A stretch of DNA of 64,000 nucleotides from the human T2T-CHM13v2.0 reference genome, Homo sapiens. This document shows positions 14,201 through 28,142 of this stretch, piece by piece; within the stretch, counting starts at the first letter, position 1; the number at the start of each line of letters is the position of its first letter. The stretch is from NCBI RefSeq assembly GCF_009914755.1, contig NC_060939.1; one strand, given 5' to 3'. The notes under the pieces were generated by a model that was not told where the DNA came from, did not search any database, and saw only the letters and a list, made by a program, of their open reading frames with translations. Both the position numbers and the translations under genes were made by a program.

Positions 14201-17200
14201 AGCACTAATCTCTGTAATCTCTCCAAGAATGCAGTATGGCTTTTGGTTTACATTGTTTAGGTACAGGCAGTTCCTATGATAACGGCCCTCACTCCACAGG
14301 TCAGAGAACCAATGTGGGGATTCTGATAGTTGCTGAATATGTCCATTCCAATTATGCACTCTGGAACTGGGAAATAACCACAGGATGGGTTCAGAGATTA
14401 CCTGAATCTACTATAAGATGAGCTAAAACTCCACTGATCACCTGATCTGCATAACCCCTACTCTGACTGTTGAGTCACAGTGGTGTTCAGTGCCACCAGG
14501 AATTAGTGTCAATTCAGAGCCAGTGTCCAGCAGTCACCAAAATGTCTGATTATTTACTTTTCCCTAATGCTTAGTCATCTTGTTAAAAGGCCATAAGCTC
14601 CTCTGGGGAAGGCTGAGAAAGAGATTAACATTATAAATTTTTGGCAGTGTCATGGGTTTCTTCCTCAAGGGGACTTGGCTTTTATCCCTTACAGGAAGAA
14701 TAAAGGCCTTACTTTGCCTCTGATAATTGATTGAGGGATCATGATTCTCTGTTTTTCAGTATTAGAGTTAGACTTTTATTCACTTGACCTACAACTTTTT
14801 CTGCTTATACAGATCAAGTAAGAATTTAGTTGGCTTCCTATCTATTTCACTTCTAGGAGCACCATGATCAACTAGCCAATGCCATAGGTCTCCACGAGTG
14901 AGACTATTCTAGTGGCTGCTGTGACATTGCTGTCCACTGTGTCAGCTAGGCCCACCTGGATTTTGGTGGCTGAATGCCGGTACTTGGCTCCTGCCAACCT
15001 GGGATCCAGTTACTCCCATTACATTTAGTTTTCCCAATTCAGTGACTCTAGTTTCCACTAAAAATCTTGCCTATAGAGAACAAACACATCAAGGATGCTG
15101 AGGCTCTCCTCAAAAATTTATTTCTCACCATTTTGGTGAAAGGTATGTCTTTTGAAGCCTCCCAGGGCATATAAGTAGGTCTTAAATGGAAAATCCACTC
15201 TAACATCCCAATGTCTTTAAGCCTTTAATCCCTTCTTCGGCATTAAACCAAGGCACACCTGGCATTTATATTTGAACTCCCTTGCTGTGGGCCACCTTTT
15301 GATCCCTTTTTGGGTCCACCAACCAAACTGTTAGAGTCCTTTCTGACTCCCCAAGCTACAATATTAAATGCAGAGTCTCTGCTTAGTGGGCCCATATCAA
15401 TAAACTTACCCTGATCTAACTTTCTCTCATTAGCCCACACACTTACTATTCATTTCTGCACATATAGCCTGGATTTTTGTCTGTATAAATAAGAAAACAC
15501 AACTAATTCCCTTGGAGTGTGTCACGCCTCTTCATGGGTCACACTTTCTACCTCGCCTTTAGAGTCCTGTTGTGATGTGAGTGTAGTTATGGGGTGGGTC
15601 CTGAAAAAAATCAGCTGTGTTTTGCATGGCAACTACCTCAGGGGGCCCATTGCAGTCACCTCAGGCTATACAGTGTTAATTGCCCCAAATAGGTTCAGAG
15701 CAGCCATTCCTACTGGGCTGGAGAGTTGTTTCTACTGGCAAAGAAGATTCATCAGAATGTAGGGGCTTAACGATCCCAGCTTCATCAGAGTCTTGCCCCA
15801 CATACCCATTCCAACTTTCAGGATGCTCTCAGGGCAGCTATTAACTTAAGACAAAGCAGGCTTCCAAAGAAAAAAAAATAGCAGGGATAAAGCAGAGACT
15901 TACACAAAGATTGATGAGGCTAATTCTCCAACAAGATGTAAGTTGAACTGAACTGAAACATCAATCAACTGAATCTAATTAACTTTTATAGAATAATTCA
16001 TTGAACGACAGCAGAATATACATTCTTCTCAAGCTCACATTGAAACACTCACAAAGGCCACATGTTTGGCCATAAAACACACCTTAACATATTTAACGTA
16101 TTTGTTTAAATAAAAATTAAATATAAAATATAAACTCAGATGACAATAGAATTAAAATAGAAATTAACAACAGAAATATACCACAAAAATCCTAAAATGC
16201 TTATAAATTAACCTCAAATAACACATGGGTCAAGAAGGAGCCTCAAGAAAAATTTTTACAAAATATTTTGACCTAACTGAAAATGAGAATTCAAATTATC
16301 AAAATATGTAGAATGCAATGAAAATAATACTTAGAGAAAAATTTATAGCATTAAATGCATATATTACAAAGGAAGAAGATTTAAAATCAATAATCTAAGC
16401 TTCCACATTTGGGAATTATGAATAGAAAAAAAAATTTAAGCCTAAAGCAAACAAATAAGCAAAATTAGAGCAGAAGTTGATGAACATAAAAAATGGAAAA
16501 TAAGAGAAAATAAAATCAGAAGCTAGTTCTTTAAAGAGATCAATATAATTGATAAACTTCTAGTCAGACTGAGAAAAATACAGAGAAGACCAAAATTATT
16601 AATATCAGAAATTTAAGATATGTCATCAGCAGGAATCCCTTCAATGTGAAAAGATAGTAAAATAATATGATGAATAACTCCGTGACCCCGAATTTGATAA
16701 CTTATATGAAATGGGCCAATTACTTGCAAAATGCAAACTACCAAACTCATCAAAGACGAAATAGATAATCATTACAAGTCAATATGTATAAAAAATAAAT
16801 CAGGAGTTAATAACCTTCCAAGAATGTCAGCAGAAGGATCAGATAGTTTCACTGGTGCATTGTATCACACATTTAAGACAGAAAATACAATAATTCTCTA
16901 CAATCTCTTCTGGAAAATAGAAGCAGAGGGAACACTTTCTAATGCATTCTATGAGGCCAGCACTTCTCTGATACTAAAATCAGATAAATCATTATTAGTA
17001 AGAGTAAGAAAAACTATAGACTAATATCTCTCAGGGACAAATACACAAATCCTCAAAAAATATTTGTAACTTGAATCCAACAAGGTATAAAAGAATTGTA
17101 TTCCACAACCAATTTATTTCAGATATGCAAAGCTGGTTCAACACTGGAAAACAATGCTATCTACCACATCAACAGGTAAAAAAATAAAATTTATATGACC

Positions 17201-17205
17201 ATATC

Positions 17206-19455
17206 TGATATGGTTTGGATTTGTGTCCCTACTCAAATCACATGTCAAATTTGAGGAGGGGCCTGGTGGGAGGTGATTGGATCATGGGGGAAGATTTCCC
17301 CCATGCTTTTTTTGTTGTCAGAGTGAGTTCTCATGAGATCTGATGGTCTACGGGTATGTGGCACTTTCCCCTTTGCTCTCTCTCTCCCGTCACCACAGTA
17401 AGATGTGCTTTCTTCCCCTTTGCCTTCTGCTATGATTATAAGTTTCCTGAGGCCTCCCTACCATGCTTCCTGTTAAGCCTGCAGAACTGTGAGTCAATTA
17501 AACTTCTTTTCTTCATAAATTACCCAGTCTCAGGTAGTTCTTTATAGCAGTGTGAGAACAGACTAATACAGAAAATTGGTACGGGAGTGGGGCATTGCTA
17601 TAAAGATACCTGAAAATGTGGAAGCGGCTTTGGAACTGGGTAAAGAGCAGAGGTTGGAACAGTTTGAAGGGCTCAGAAGAAGAAAGGAAGACGTGGGAAG
17701 GTTTGGAACTTCCTAGAGACTTGTTGAATGGTTTTGACCAAAATGCTGATAATGATATGAACAACGAAGTCCAGGTGGAGGTGGTCTCACATGGAGATGA
17801 AGAACTTGTTGGGAATTGGAGTAAAGGTCACTGTTGCTATGCTTTAGCAAAGAGACTGGTGGTATTTTGCCCCTTCCCTAGAGACCTGTGGAACTTTGAA
17901 CTTGAGAGAGATGATTTAGGGTATCTGGTGGAAGAAATTTCTAAGCAGCAAAGCATTCAAGAGGTGACCTGGCTGTTTCTAAACATGTACAGTCATATGC
18001 ATGAACAAAGAGATTATTTGAAACTGGAACTTACATTTAAAAGGGAAACAGCACAAAAGTTTGTAAAATTTGCAGACTGACCATGTGATAGAAAAGAAAA
18101 ACCCATTTTCTGGGGAGAAATTCAAGCCTGCTGCAGAAATTTGCATATGTAAAGAGGAGCCAAATGTTAATAGCCAAGAATGGAGTCTCCAAGGCATTTC
18201 AGAGACCTTTACAGCACCCCCTCCCATCACAGGCCTGGAGGCCTAGAAGGGAAAAATGATGTAGTGGGCCAGGCCCAGAGCCTAGCTTCTCTGTGCAGCC
18301 TTGGGACATGGAACCCTGCATCCCAGCCACTCCAGCACCAGCCATGCCTAAAAGGGGCCAAGGCGCAACTCAGGCAGTGGCTTCAGAAGGTGCAAACCCC
18401 AAGCCTTGGCAGCTTCCATATGGTGTTGAGCCTGCATGTGTGCCAAAGACAAGAATTGAGGTCTGAGAACATCTGCCTCGATTTCAGAGGACGTATGGAA
18501 ACACCTGGTGTGCAGGCAGAATTCTGCTGCAGGGGTGGAGCCCTCATGGAGAATCTCCACTGGGGCAGTGCAGAGGGGAAATGTGGGGTTGGAGCCCTTA
18601 CACAAAGTCCCCACTGAGGCACTGCCTAGTGGAGTTGTGAGAATAGGGCCACCATCCTCCAGATCCCAGAATGATAGCTCTACCAACAGCTTGCACTGTG
18701 CACCTATAAAAACCAAAGGCCCTCAACACCAGCCCATGAAAGCAGCCACAGAGGCTGTACCCTGCACAGCTCCTCCCCAGGGGTGGAACTGCCCAAGGCT
18801 TGGAGAACCCACCCCTTACGTCAGTGTACCCTGGATGTGAGACATGGAGTCCAAGGAGATTATTTTGGAGTTTCAAGATTTAATGACTGCCCTGCTGGGT
18901 TTTGGACTTGCATAAGGCCTGTAGCCCCTTTGTTTTGGCCAATATCTCCCATTTGGAATGGGAGCATTTACCCAATGCCTGTACCCTCATTGTATCTTGG
19001 AAGTAACTAATTATTTTATTTTATTTTTACAGGCTCATAGGTGGAAAGGACTTACCTTGTCTCAGATGAGACTTTGGACTTTGGACTTTTGAGTTAATGT
19101 TGAAATGAGTTAATACTGGGGGACTGTTGAGAAGGGATAATTGTATTTTGAAATGTGAAAAGGACATGAGATTTGGGAGGGGCCAGGGGCAGAATAATAG
19201 GGTTTGGATTTGTGTCCCTGCCCAAATCTCATGTCGAATTGGAGGAGGGGCCTGATGGTGATGGGATCATGGGGTCGCCCTGGTAAGACGTGCCTGCTTC
19301 CCCTTCTCCTTCTGCCATGTTTTTAAGTTTCCTGAGGCCTCCCAGCCATGCTTTCTGTTAGGTCTGCAGAACTGTGAGTCAACGAAATCTCTTTTCTTCA
19401 TAAATTACCCAGTCTAAGGTAGTTCTTTATAGCAGTGTGTGAATGAACTAATACA
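17206..19455 (+). mobile_element. MSTA MaLR element: 5' LTR 17206-17570, internal 17571-19194, 3' LTR 19195-19455
   Basis: Two homologous LTRs ending ACTAATACA, purine tract gggaggggccaggggcagaa before the 3' LTR, perfect 5-bp TSD ATATC (17201-17205 and 19456-19460). Confidence 0.95.
17616..18080 (+). pseudogene. MaLR internal ORF remnant (154 aa open)
   Basis: WNSLKGSEEERK...LELPRDLLNGFDQNAD...RDLWNFELERDDLGYL matches the THE1/MST internal ORF as I recall it; frame breaks near 18050. Confidence 0.7.
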
Positions 19456-19770
19456 ATATCTATTGATGCAGAAAAAGCACTAGACAAAGTCCAGTACCCA
19501 TCCTTGATATAAACTTTCAGCAAATAGGAATAGAGGATAACAGCTTCAACTTGACAAGGAACATCTGCAAAAAACCTACAGCTAACATCATACTACTTCG
19601 TGGTAAGAAACTGGAAGCTTTCCCCCTAAGTTCAGGGACAAGGCAGGGAGATCTTTTCCCTCCACTCCCATTTAACATTATACTATAAGTCATAGCTAAT
19701 ACAATAAGACAAGAAAGGAAGTAAAAATTGTGTAGGTACAGAGGGAAGAAATAAATCTGTCTTTATTGAT

Positions 19771-20625
19771 TGTGTTAGTTTCTTATTGCTGATGTAGCAA
19801 ATTATGACAAAGTCCATGGTTTAAAATGATACATCCTTATTCTATTACATTTCTGGAGGCTAAAAGTCCAAAATTAGTCATATAGGGTGTCATGACTTGA
19901 ATGTGTACCCCAAAGTTCATGTGTTGGAAACTTATTCCCCAATGCAACAATGCTGAGGTGGGAACTTTAGGAGGTGATTAGGTCATGAGGGTTCTTCCCT
20001 TATGAATGAATTAGTGCCATTATTGTGGCAGTGGGTTAGTTATTGTGGGAGTGGGTTCCTGATGAAATGATGAGTTTGGCTTCCCTCTTAGCTCTCTCAC
20101 CATCTCTCACCTTTTGCCTTCTGCCATGGGTGACATAGCCAGAAGGCCCTTACCAGATACTGTCACCTTGATATTGTACTTCCAAGTCTCCAGAACTGTG
20201 AGAAATATAATTTCTTTTCTTTATAAATTACTCAGTTTGTGGTATTTTGTTATAGCAACCCAAAACAGACTAAGACATAGGACTAAAATCAAGGTGTTAT
20301 TGGGGTTGGTCACTTGCAGAGTGGAGTCTGTTCCTTGCTTCTTTCTGCTTCTGGTGGCTGCTTGCATCCCCTGAAGTGTGGCCGCATCACTCCAATCACC
20401 ATTTCTCTCATCACATTGCCTTCTCCTACCCATAATCAAAGCTACTTCTGCATCCCTTTTATAAGGACACTTGCAATTATATTTCAGGCACTCTGGACAA
20501 TCTCAGACAATCTCCCCATCTTTTAACCACATGTGCAATATCCCTTTTGCCACGTAACATAATATTCACTGGTTCCAAATATTAGGACTTGGTTAGCTTT
20601 GGTAATTATTATTCAGTCTATTGCA
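19771..20625 (-). mobile_element. MLT1 (MLT1D/E-like) LTR split by an MST LTR
   Basis: tgtgttagtttcttattgctg...tctggaggctaaaagtccaaaat, resumes ctaaaatcaaggtgt...ttctggtggctgc...attattcagtctattgca. Confidence 0.8.
19888..20277 (+). mobile_element. MST (MSTC/D-like) solo LTR nested in MLT1
   Basis: tgtcatgacttgaatgtgtaccccaaagttcatgtgttggaaac ... caaaacagactaagaca; flanks TAGGG/TAGGA. Confidence 0.85.
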
Positions 20626-23600
20626 TACACAGATGACATGATTATTTATGTATAAAATCCTAAGAAATGGTCAAAACAAAGTCCTGGTATTGATGTGATT
20701 ACAGCAAGATCACAGGATAAAAGGCCAATATTCAACAGTCATTTGTTTTCCATACACCAACTATGGACATTTGAAATTCAAAATTATACTCACAAAAACA
20801 TTTACAATGGCACCAAAAATGACATTCTTAGGTAAACAGCTAACATAATATGTACAAAATCTATATGCAGGAAACTACTAAACTCTGATGACAGGAATCA
20901 AAGAATATTTAAATACATTGAGAGATTTATTTAGACAAAAGAGCCTTTGGGATCCAGGTGGGAGGTTGTGAAACCCTGGTCTGGCTTAAAACCTAGGAGG
21001 TTGAGGAAAGGGGAGGCCTGCATCTAGGTGGCAGGCTTGCTGACTGTTGGTGCAGGCAATAGGTCTGGAATCAGCCTCATCTCCTTGTGGGCTCGGCTAT
21101 AAGCCTGTTTGGCCTTGATCCTGCTACCACAGTCATCTGCCAAAGGACTGGGGTGGAGTCACGGGCACTGCTCCCTCTGGTGATGGGCTTGCTGACCTCA
21201 GCCTGGGCAGTGAACTCTGAAGCAGTCCTGTAACTCAGCCATAGACCCTCTCAATTGTGTTTTGAGAGCATTCTTGCCCAAGCACAGTCTTGCCAGGAGA
21301 TACATCTATCTGTGCATTCAGAGAAGGTCTACCAATCTCAGACCCACAGAAGGTCCTGTAATAGTTTTGTAACTTGGCTCTAGGCCTTCTCATCTGTGAG
21401 CTGAGAGCAGTTTTTCCCACTCAAAGACCCCCCAGGAGGCATGCTCAATCTTTCACACCCAGGGAGGCAGGCTTGTTTACCTTGATACCACAGTAGACTC
21501 CAAAATGGCCCTGTAACTCTTCTCCAGTCACTCTTACCTGTGCAGTCATGCCTGCCCAGGGACTTACCCAGTGACCCAGGAGGAGCTATCCCAAGGACCT
21601 AGAAGGATCCGCACCGGTATACACACCTGGTAACAACCAACTATGGACCCTGAGTAGACAGACACTTGTCCCATCACCAGCCCTACTGACCAAAGTCATG
21701 GAGGTATAATCCATGCCAGCTTGAGCACCTGGGAAGAGGCCCACTAAACATGGTCCCCACTGTGGGCCCAGCAGCAGTTGTAACTCAGCTCTGACTCCAC
21801 TTGACTGCAATCTCAGAAGTAATCCCATTAGCCTAGGGACCCAACAGAAGGTCTTGACCTTCTGTCTAACAGCAGTAGCATACTTACTCTTCTCCAGAGC
21901 ACATGGAACATTCTTTAAGATAGATCATATGCTGGGATATAAGACAATTCTTAGCAAATTTAAGAGTGTTGAAATCATATCAAGTATCTTTTCTGACCAC
22001 AGTTGTATGAAATTAGAAATCAATAACACAAAAGATTTTGGGAAATTCACAAATATGTACAAATTAAACAGCATACTCCTGAAATCAATGGCTCAAATAA
22101 GAAATCAAAAGAGAAATTTTAAAGTATCTTGAGACAAGTAAAAATAGAAACACAACATACCAAAACGTATGGGATGCAGGAAACACAGTTTTAAGAACAA
22201 ACGTTATAGCAATAAATGCCTATATTAAGAAATAAGAATAATCTCAAATATACAAGCTACTTAGCCCAAAAAAAACCAGAAAAGCAGCACAAACTCAGTC
22301 CAAAGTCAGAAAATTAAAAAATATATATTAGAATAAAAAGAAATAAAATAGAGACTAGAAACACAATAGGAAATATCAACAAAACTAAAGTCGCATTTTT
22401 GAAAAGATAAGCAAAGTTGAGAAAACTGTAGTTAGAGTAACCAAGAACAAAAAAAATGGCTCACAATAAAGAAAACGTAACGAAAGAGGAGGCATTACCA
22501 CTGATACCACAGAAATACAAAGGATCATAAGAGACCACTATGAACAACTATACACCAACAAATTGAATAACCTAGAAGAAATGAATAAATTCCTAGAAAT
22601 GTACAACCTGCAAAAAGTTAATCATGAAGAAAGAGAAAATATGAACAGAACAATAATGAGAAAGGAGATTAAACCTGTAATCTAAAACCTCAAAGAAAAG
22701 AAAATCTCAGGACTAGATGGCTTCAAGGTGAATTCTATCAAATATTTGAAGAAGAATTCATGGCAATTCTCCTCAAAGTCTTCCAAAAAGTTGAAGAGTG
22801 GGAAGGACTTCCAAACTAATTTTATCAGGCCAGCATTATCTTTATACCAAAGCTAACTAAGAACACTACAAGAAAAGAACATTACAGGACAAAATCACTG
22901 ATGAACATAGATGCAAAACTCCTCAACAAAATGTTAGCAAACCAAATTCAACAACACATTTAAAGGATCATACACTATAATCAAGTAGGATTTATCCTGG
23001 GATGCAAGGATGTTTCATAATGTGCAAAACAATAATTGCGATATACCACATTAACAGAATAAAGGATAACAATCATATGATCACCTCCATAGATTCAATA
23101 AAAGCATTTTACAAAATTCAACATAAATTCATGATACAAACTTCACAAATTACATATGGAAGAACTGTGCCTCAATACAAGAAAGGCCGTATATGACCAT
23201 CCCACAGCTAACATCATACTCAGTGATGATAGCTGAAAGCTTTTCTTTTAAACTCAGGTACAAGAAAAAGATGCCCACTCTTGCCACTTCTGTTCAACAT
23301 AGTACTGGAAGTCTTAGCCACAGCAATTAAGAGAGAAAAGTAAGTAAAAGGAACCCAAATTGGAAAGAAAGACATTAAATTATCTCGGTTTGAAGATGAC
23401 ATGATCTTAAATATTGAAAACTCTAAAGACTCCATGAAAAAACTGTTAGAACTAATAACTAAATTCAGTAAAGTTTCAGGATACAAAATCAACATACAAA
23501 AGTCAGTGGGTTTTCTATACATCAACAACCAACTATCCAAAAAATTAAGAAAACAGTCCCATTTACAATAGCATCAAAAATGATAAAATAGTTAGAAATG

Positions 23601-24169
23601 CATTTAATCATGCATGTGAAATATCTAGATATGTATGCTGAAATGTATAAAACACTGATGAAAGAAATTAAAGGAGACACACATAACTGGAAAGATAGCT
23701 CATGTTCACTAATTGAAAGAATTAATATCGCAAATAGATCCATACTACCCAAAGTGATATACAGATTTGATGTAATCCCTATCAAAAATCCAATGACATT
23801 TTTCACAGAAATAGAAGAAACAATCTTAAAATTTGTACAGAATCACAAAAGACTCTGAATAGGCAAAGCAATTTTGAGAAAGAGCAACAAAGCTGTTAAG
23901 AATTATACTTCCTGATTTCAAACTATATTGCCAAGGTACAGTAAATAAAAACAGTATGATACTAGCATAAAAACAGGCTCTTAGAACAGAATAGAGAGCC
24001 CCAAATTAAATGCCTTTGAGAAGAGTCCTAAGAATACACGATGGGTAAAGGATACTCTCTTTAATAAATGATGGGAAAACTCCATAACCACATGCAAAAG
24101 AATAAAATTGAACCATTATTTTATACCAAATGCAAAAGTTAACTTGAAATAGGATTAACAACTTATATG

Positions 24170-24480
<311 letters not shown>

Positions 24481-25296
24481 AACTTACATGTAAGACTTGA
24501 AACCATGAAATTCCTAGAAGAAAAAAGAGAGAAAAAGTTTCTGTACATTGGCCTTGGCAATATTTTTTGGATATAACACCAAAAGCACATAGCATGAAAG
24601 CAAAAATAAATAAATGGGAATACATCACACTAAAAATCTTGTGCACAGCAAAGAAAACAATCAACAAAACAAAAAGCCAAGCTACAGAATGGGAGCACAT
24701 ATTTAAAAACTATATATCTGATAATGGGTTAATATTCAAAATACTGAATACACATACAACTCAATAGCAAATTAATAATAATAATGATGATGATGATAGT
24801 AACGTATTGAAAAATGGGCAAATGCCCTGAACAGACATTTTTTCAAAGAAGACATACAACTGTCCAACGGGTGTATGAAAAGCTGCTCAACATCATGAAT
24901 CATCAGGGAAATGCAAATCAGAACCACAGTGAGACTGAGACATCACCTCACACCTGTAAGGATGGCTATTATCCAAACGACAAGAACTAACAGGTGTTGG
25001 TGCGGATGTGGAGAAAAGAGAATCCTTGTACACTGTCAGTGGGTATATAAATTGATATAGTCAATTTATATAGAAAACATTGTGAGTTCTGCAAACTATT
25101 AAAAATAGAACTACTATATAATCCAACAATCCTATACCTAGGTACATATCCAAAGAAAAGGAAAAGGATAGTGAAAGGAAATAAAATATCTTGAAGTGCT
25201 ATCTACACCCTCATGTTTATTGCAGCATTATTTACAATAGGGAAGACATGGAATAACCTGTGTCCATTGACAGATGAGTGGATCAAGAAACTATTG

Positions 25297-25482
25297 TCTA
25301 TATACACATATATATGATGTGTATATATACATATATATATGATGTATATATACACACATATATACAATGTGTATATATACATATATATGATGTATATATA
25401 CACATATATATGATGTATGTATATACATATATATGATGCATGTATATACATATATATGATGCATATATACACACATATATAC
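25297..25482. repeat. TA/CA-rich array with ~20-22 bp higher-order unit (gatgtatatatacatatatat)
   Basis: Repeated atgatgt(g)atatatacatatat units inside the L1 3'UTR. Confidence 0.9.
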
Positions 25483-26986
25483 AATGAAATATTATCCAGC
25501 CATAATAAAAGAAGAAAATCCTGCCATTTGTGACAACATAAGTGAATCTGGAAGACATTATGCTATGTGGAATAAGCCAGATACAGAAAGGCAAATACTG
25601 TATGATCTGACATATATGAATCTAAAAAGTGCAACTCATAGAAGCAAGGAGTGGAACAGTGCATGCCAGTGTCTGAGGGGTGGGAAAAATGGGGAGATGT
25701 TGATTTAAGGGTACACACTTTCAGTTATAAGATAAATAATTGCTGAGTATCTAATGTACCACATGATAATTATAGTTAATAATATTATTTACTAGAAATT
25801 TGCTAAGAAAAAGTATCTTAAGTGTTATCACAACACACACACACACAAAGGGTAACTCTGTGGTGATGGATAGGTTGATTAATTTGATGGTGGTAACCAT
25901 TACACAATGAACGTGTATAGTATATGCACATCACATTGTACATCTTGAATGTATATTATTTTTATTTGTCAGTTATAGTTCAATATAGCTGAAAGAAAGA
26001 AAAAAAGTAACTCAAAATGAATCATAAACCTAAATGTAAATAGCAACACTTTGAAACTTTTAGAGGAAAATAGAGAAAATGTAGGTAACCTTGGGTTTGG
26101 CAATGAGTTTTTCAACACAACATCAAAAACATGGTGGATGAAAGAAAAATAGGTAAGTTAAACTGTATTAAAATTAAAAGCTTATGCTCTGCCAAAGACA
26201 TTGCAAGATAATAAAAAAATAAGCCTCAGACTTGGAGAAAATATTTGCAAAACATATGTCTGATAAAGAACTTATATCTGAAGCTTACAAAGAACTTTTA
26301 CAGTTAATAAGAAAGCAAACAACTCAATTAAAATGAAGTTAAAAGATCTGAACAGAAAACTCAGCAAAGAAAATATACAAATGGCAACCTAAAATAATTT
26401 TTGAAATCATTTCCCAATTGGGAATTGCAAATTGAAACCACATACAGGTAGACATGCATTAGAGTAGATAAAATCTGCAAAAATTGCACCACCGCATGCT
26501 GGAGAGGATTCAGTATGGAGGAACTCTCTTTTGCTGCTGGTGTGAATGAAAAATGGTGCAGTCATTGGAAGATAGTTAGGCAGTTTCTTGCAAAGCTAAA
26601 CATAGTCTTACTATGTGATTTAGCAATCAAGTTCCTAGTAAGAATTGATTTGAAAACTTATATTCACACCAAAAGCTGCATGAAAGTGTGTTTTAGCAGC
26701 TTCATTCATAAACTCCAAAACTGAAAGCAACCGAGGTAAACAAAGTAGAGAGCATCCACACAAGTGACTGTTACTCAGCCATAAAAAGAAATGAGCTATC
26801 AAGCCATGAAAAGACATGGTTAAATTTTAAATGCATATTACTAAGTGAAAGAAGCCAATTTGAAAAGGCTACATAGCATATGATTCCAGCTATATGAGGT
26901 TCAAAGAAATGCAAAACTATGGAGTCAGTAAAAATAGTTGTTGCCAGAGGGGATGGGAGGGGTAAATAGGTAAAGCGCAGGATTTC

Positions 26987-27389
26987 TATTTTTTATTTTT
27001 GTTGGTACATAGTAGGTATATATATTTATGAGGCGTATGAGATGTTTTGATACAGGCATGCAATAAATAACAATTGCATCATGGGGAATGGGGTATCCAT
27101 CCCCTCAAGCATTTATCCTTTGTGTTACACACAATCCAATTATACTATTTTAGTTATTTTAAAATATACAATTGAATTATTGATTATAGTCACCCTGTTG
27201 TGCCATCGGATGCTAGGCTTTATTCATTTATTCTATTTTTTGTACCCATTAACTTTCACCACATCCCCTCCACCCCCCACCCCACTCCCCTTCCCAGCCT
27301 CTGGTAACCATCCTTCTACTCTCTATCTCCATGTGTTTTGATTTTTAGATCCCACAAATAAGTGAAAACATGTGATGCTTGTCTTTCTG
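26987..27389 (-). mobile_element. L1MA (L1MA1-3-like) 3' fragment
   Basis: gatgttttgatacaggcatgcaat ... cccttcccagcctctggtaaccatccttctactctctatctccatg. Confidence 0.85.
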
Positions 27390-27790
27390 AAAGCATACGT
27401 TTTTTGAGTGCTGAAACTATCCTAGTGGGCTTAAATCCCCACTCCTTAAGCACGAGGTGCTTCGTTCCAAAGAGTACGGTGTGGAAAGTGGGAAAAAAAG
27501 AGCAACTTTACGTGAAGAAGCCTGACAAAGACTCCCTGAGCCAGGTGACCAAGGTCCACATCAGCAGTGGTGGGCCATGCTGGCACCTGCCTAATCAGAG
27601 AAAGAATTCACATCAATTCCATTCGAGGGACATCTTACCAAGTATGACCGTTACTCCTCAAATTTATCAGTGTCATCAAAAACAAGAAAACTCAGAGAAT
27701 CTGTCACCACCAAGAGAGCCTAAGGAGCCATGAGAGGTAAGTGCAGTGTGGAGTTATGAACAGACACCTGGAACAGAAAAAGAAGTTCTA

Positions 27791-28142
<352 letters not shown>

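Larger units (their letters stand above)
15830..20930 (+). mobile_element. Old L1 (L1M) ORF2 remnant, interrupted by MSTA and by MLT1/MST LTRs
   Basis: A-rich L1 ORF2; ORF 16731..17024 (FTGALY...GTLSNAFYEAS) matches L1 ORF2p; L1 sequence resumes in register after each LTR insert. Confidence 0.85.

Noticed and set aside
21854-23858. L1 ORF2 reverse-transcriptase peptides as an active element
   Set aside because: Many stops and frameshifts, ORF1 missing.
25203-25594. Periodic Y/I/C/H ORFs and array-like spacing
   Set aside because: TA/CA array in an L1 3'UTR; no unique spacers, not CRISPR-like or coding.
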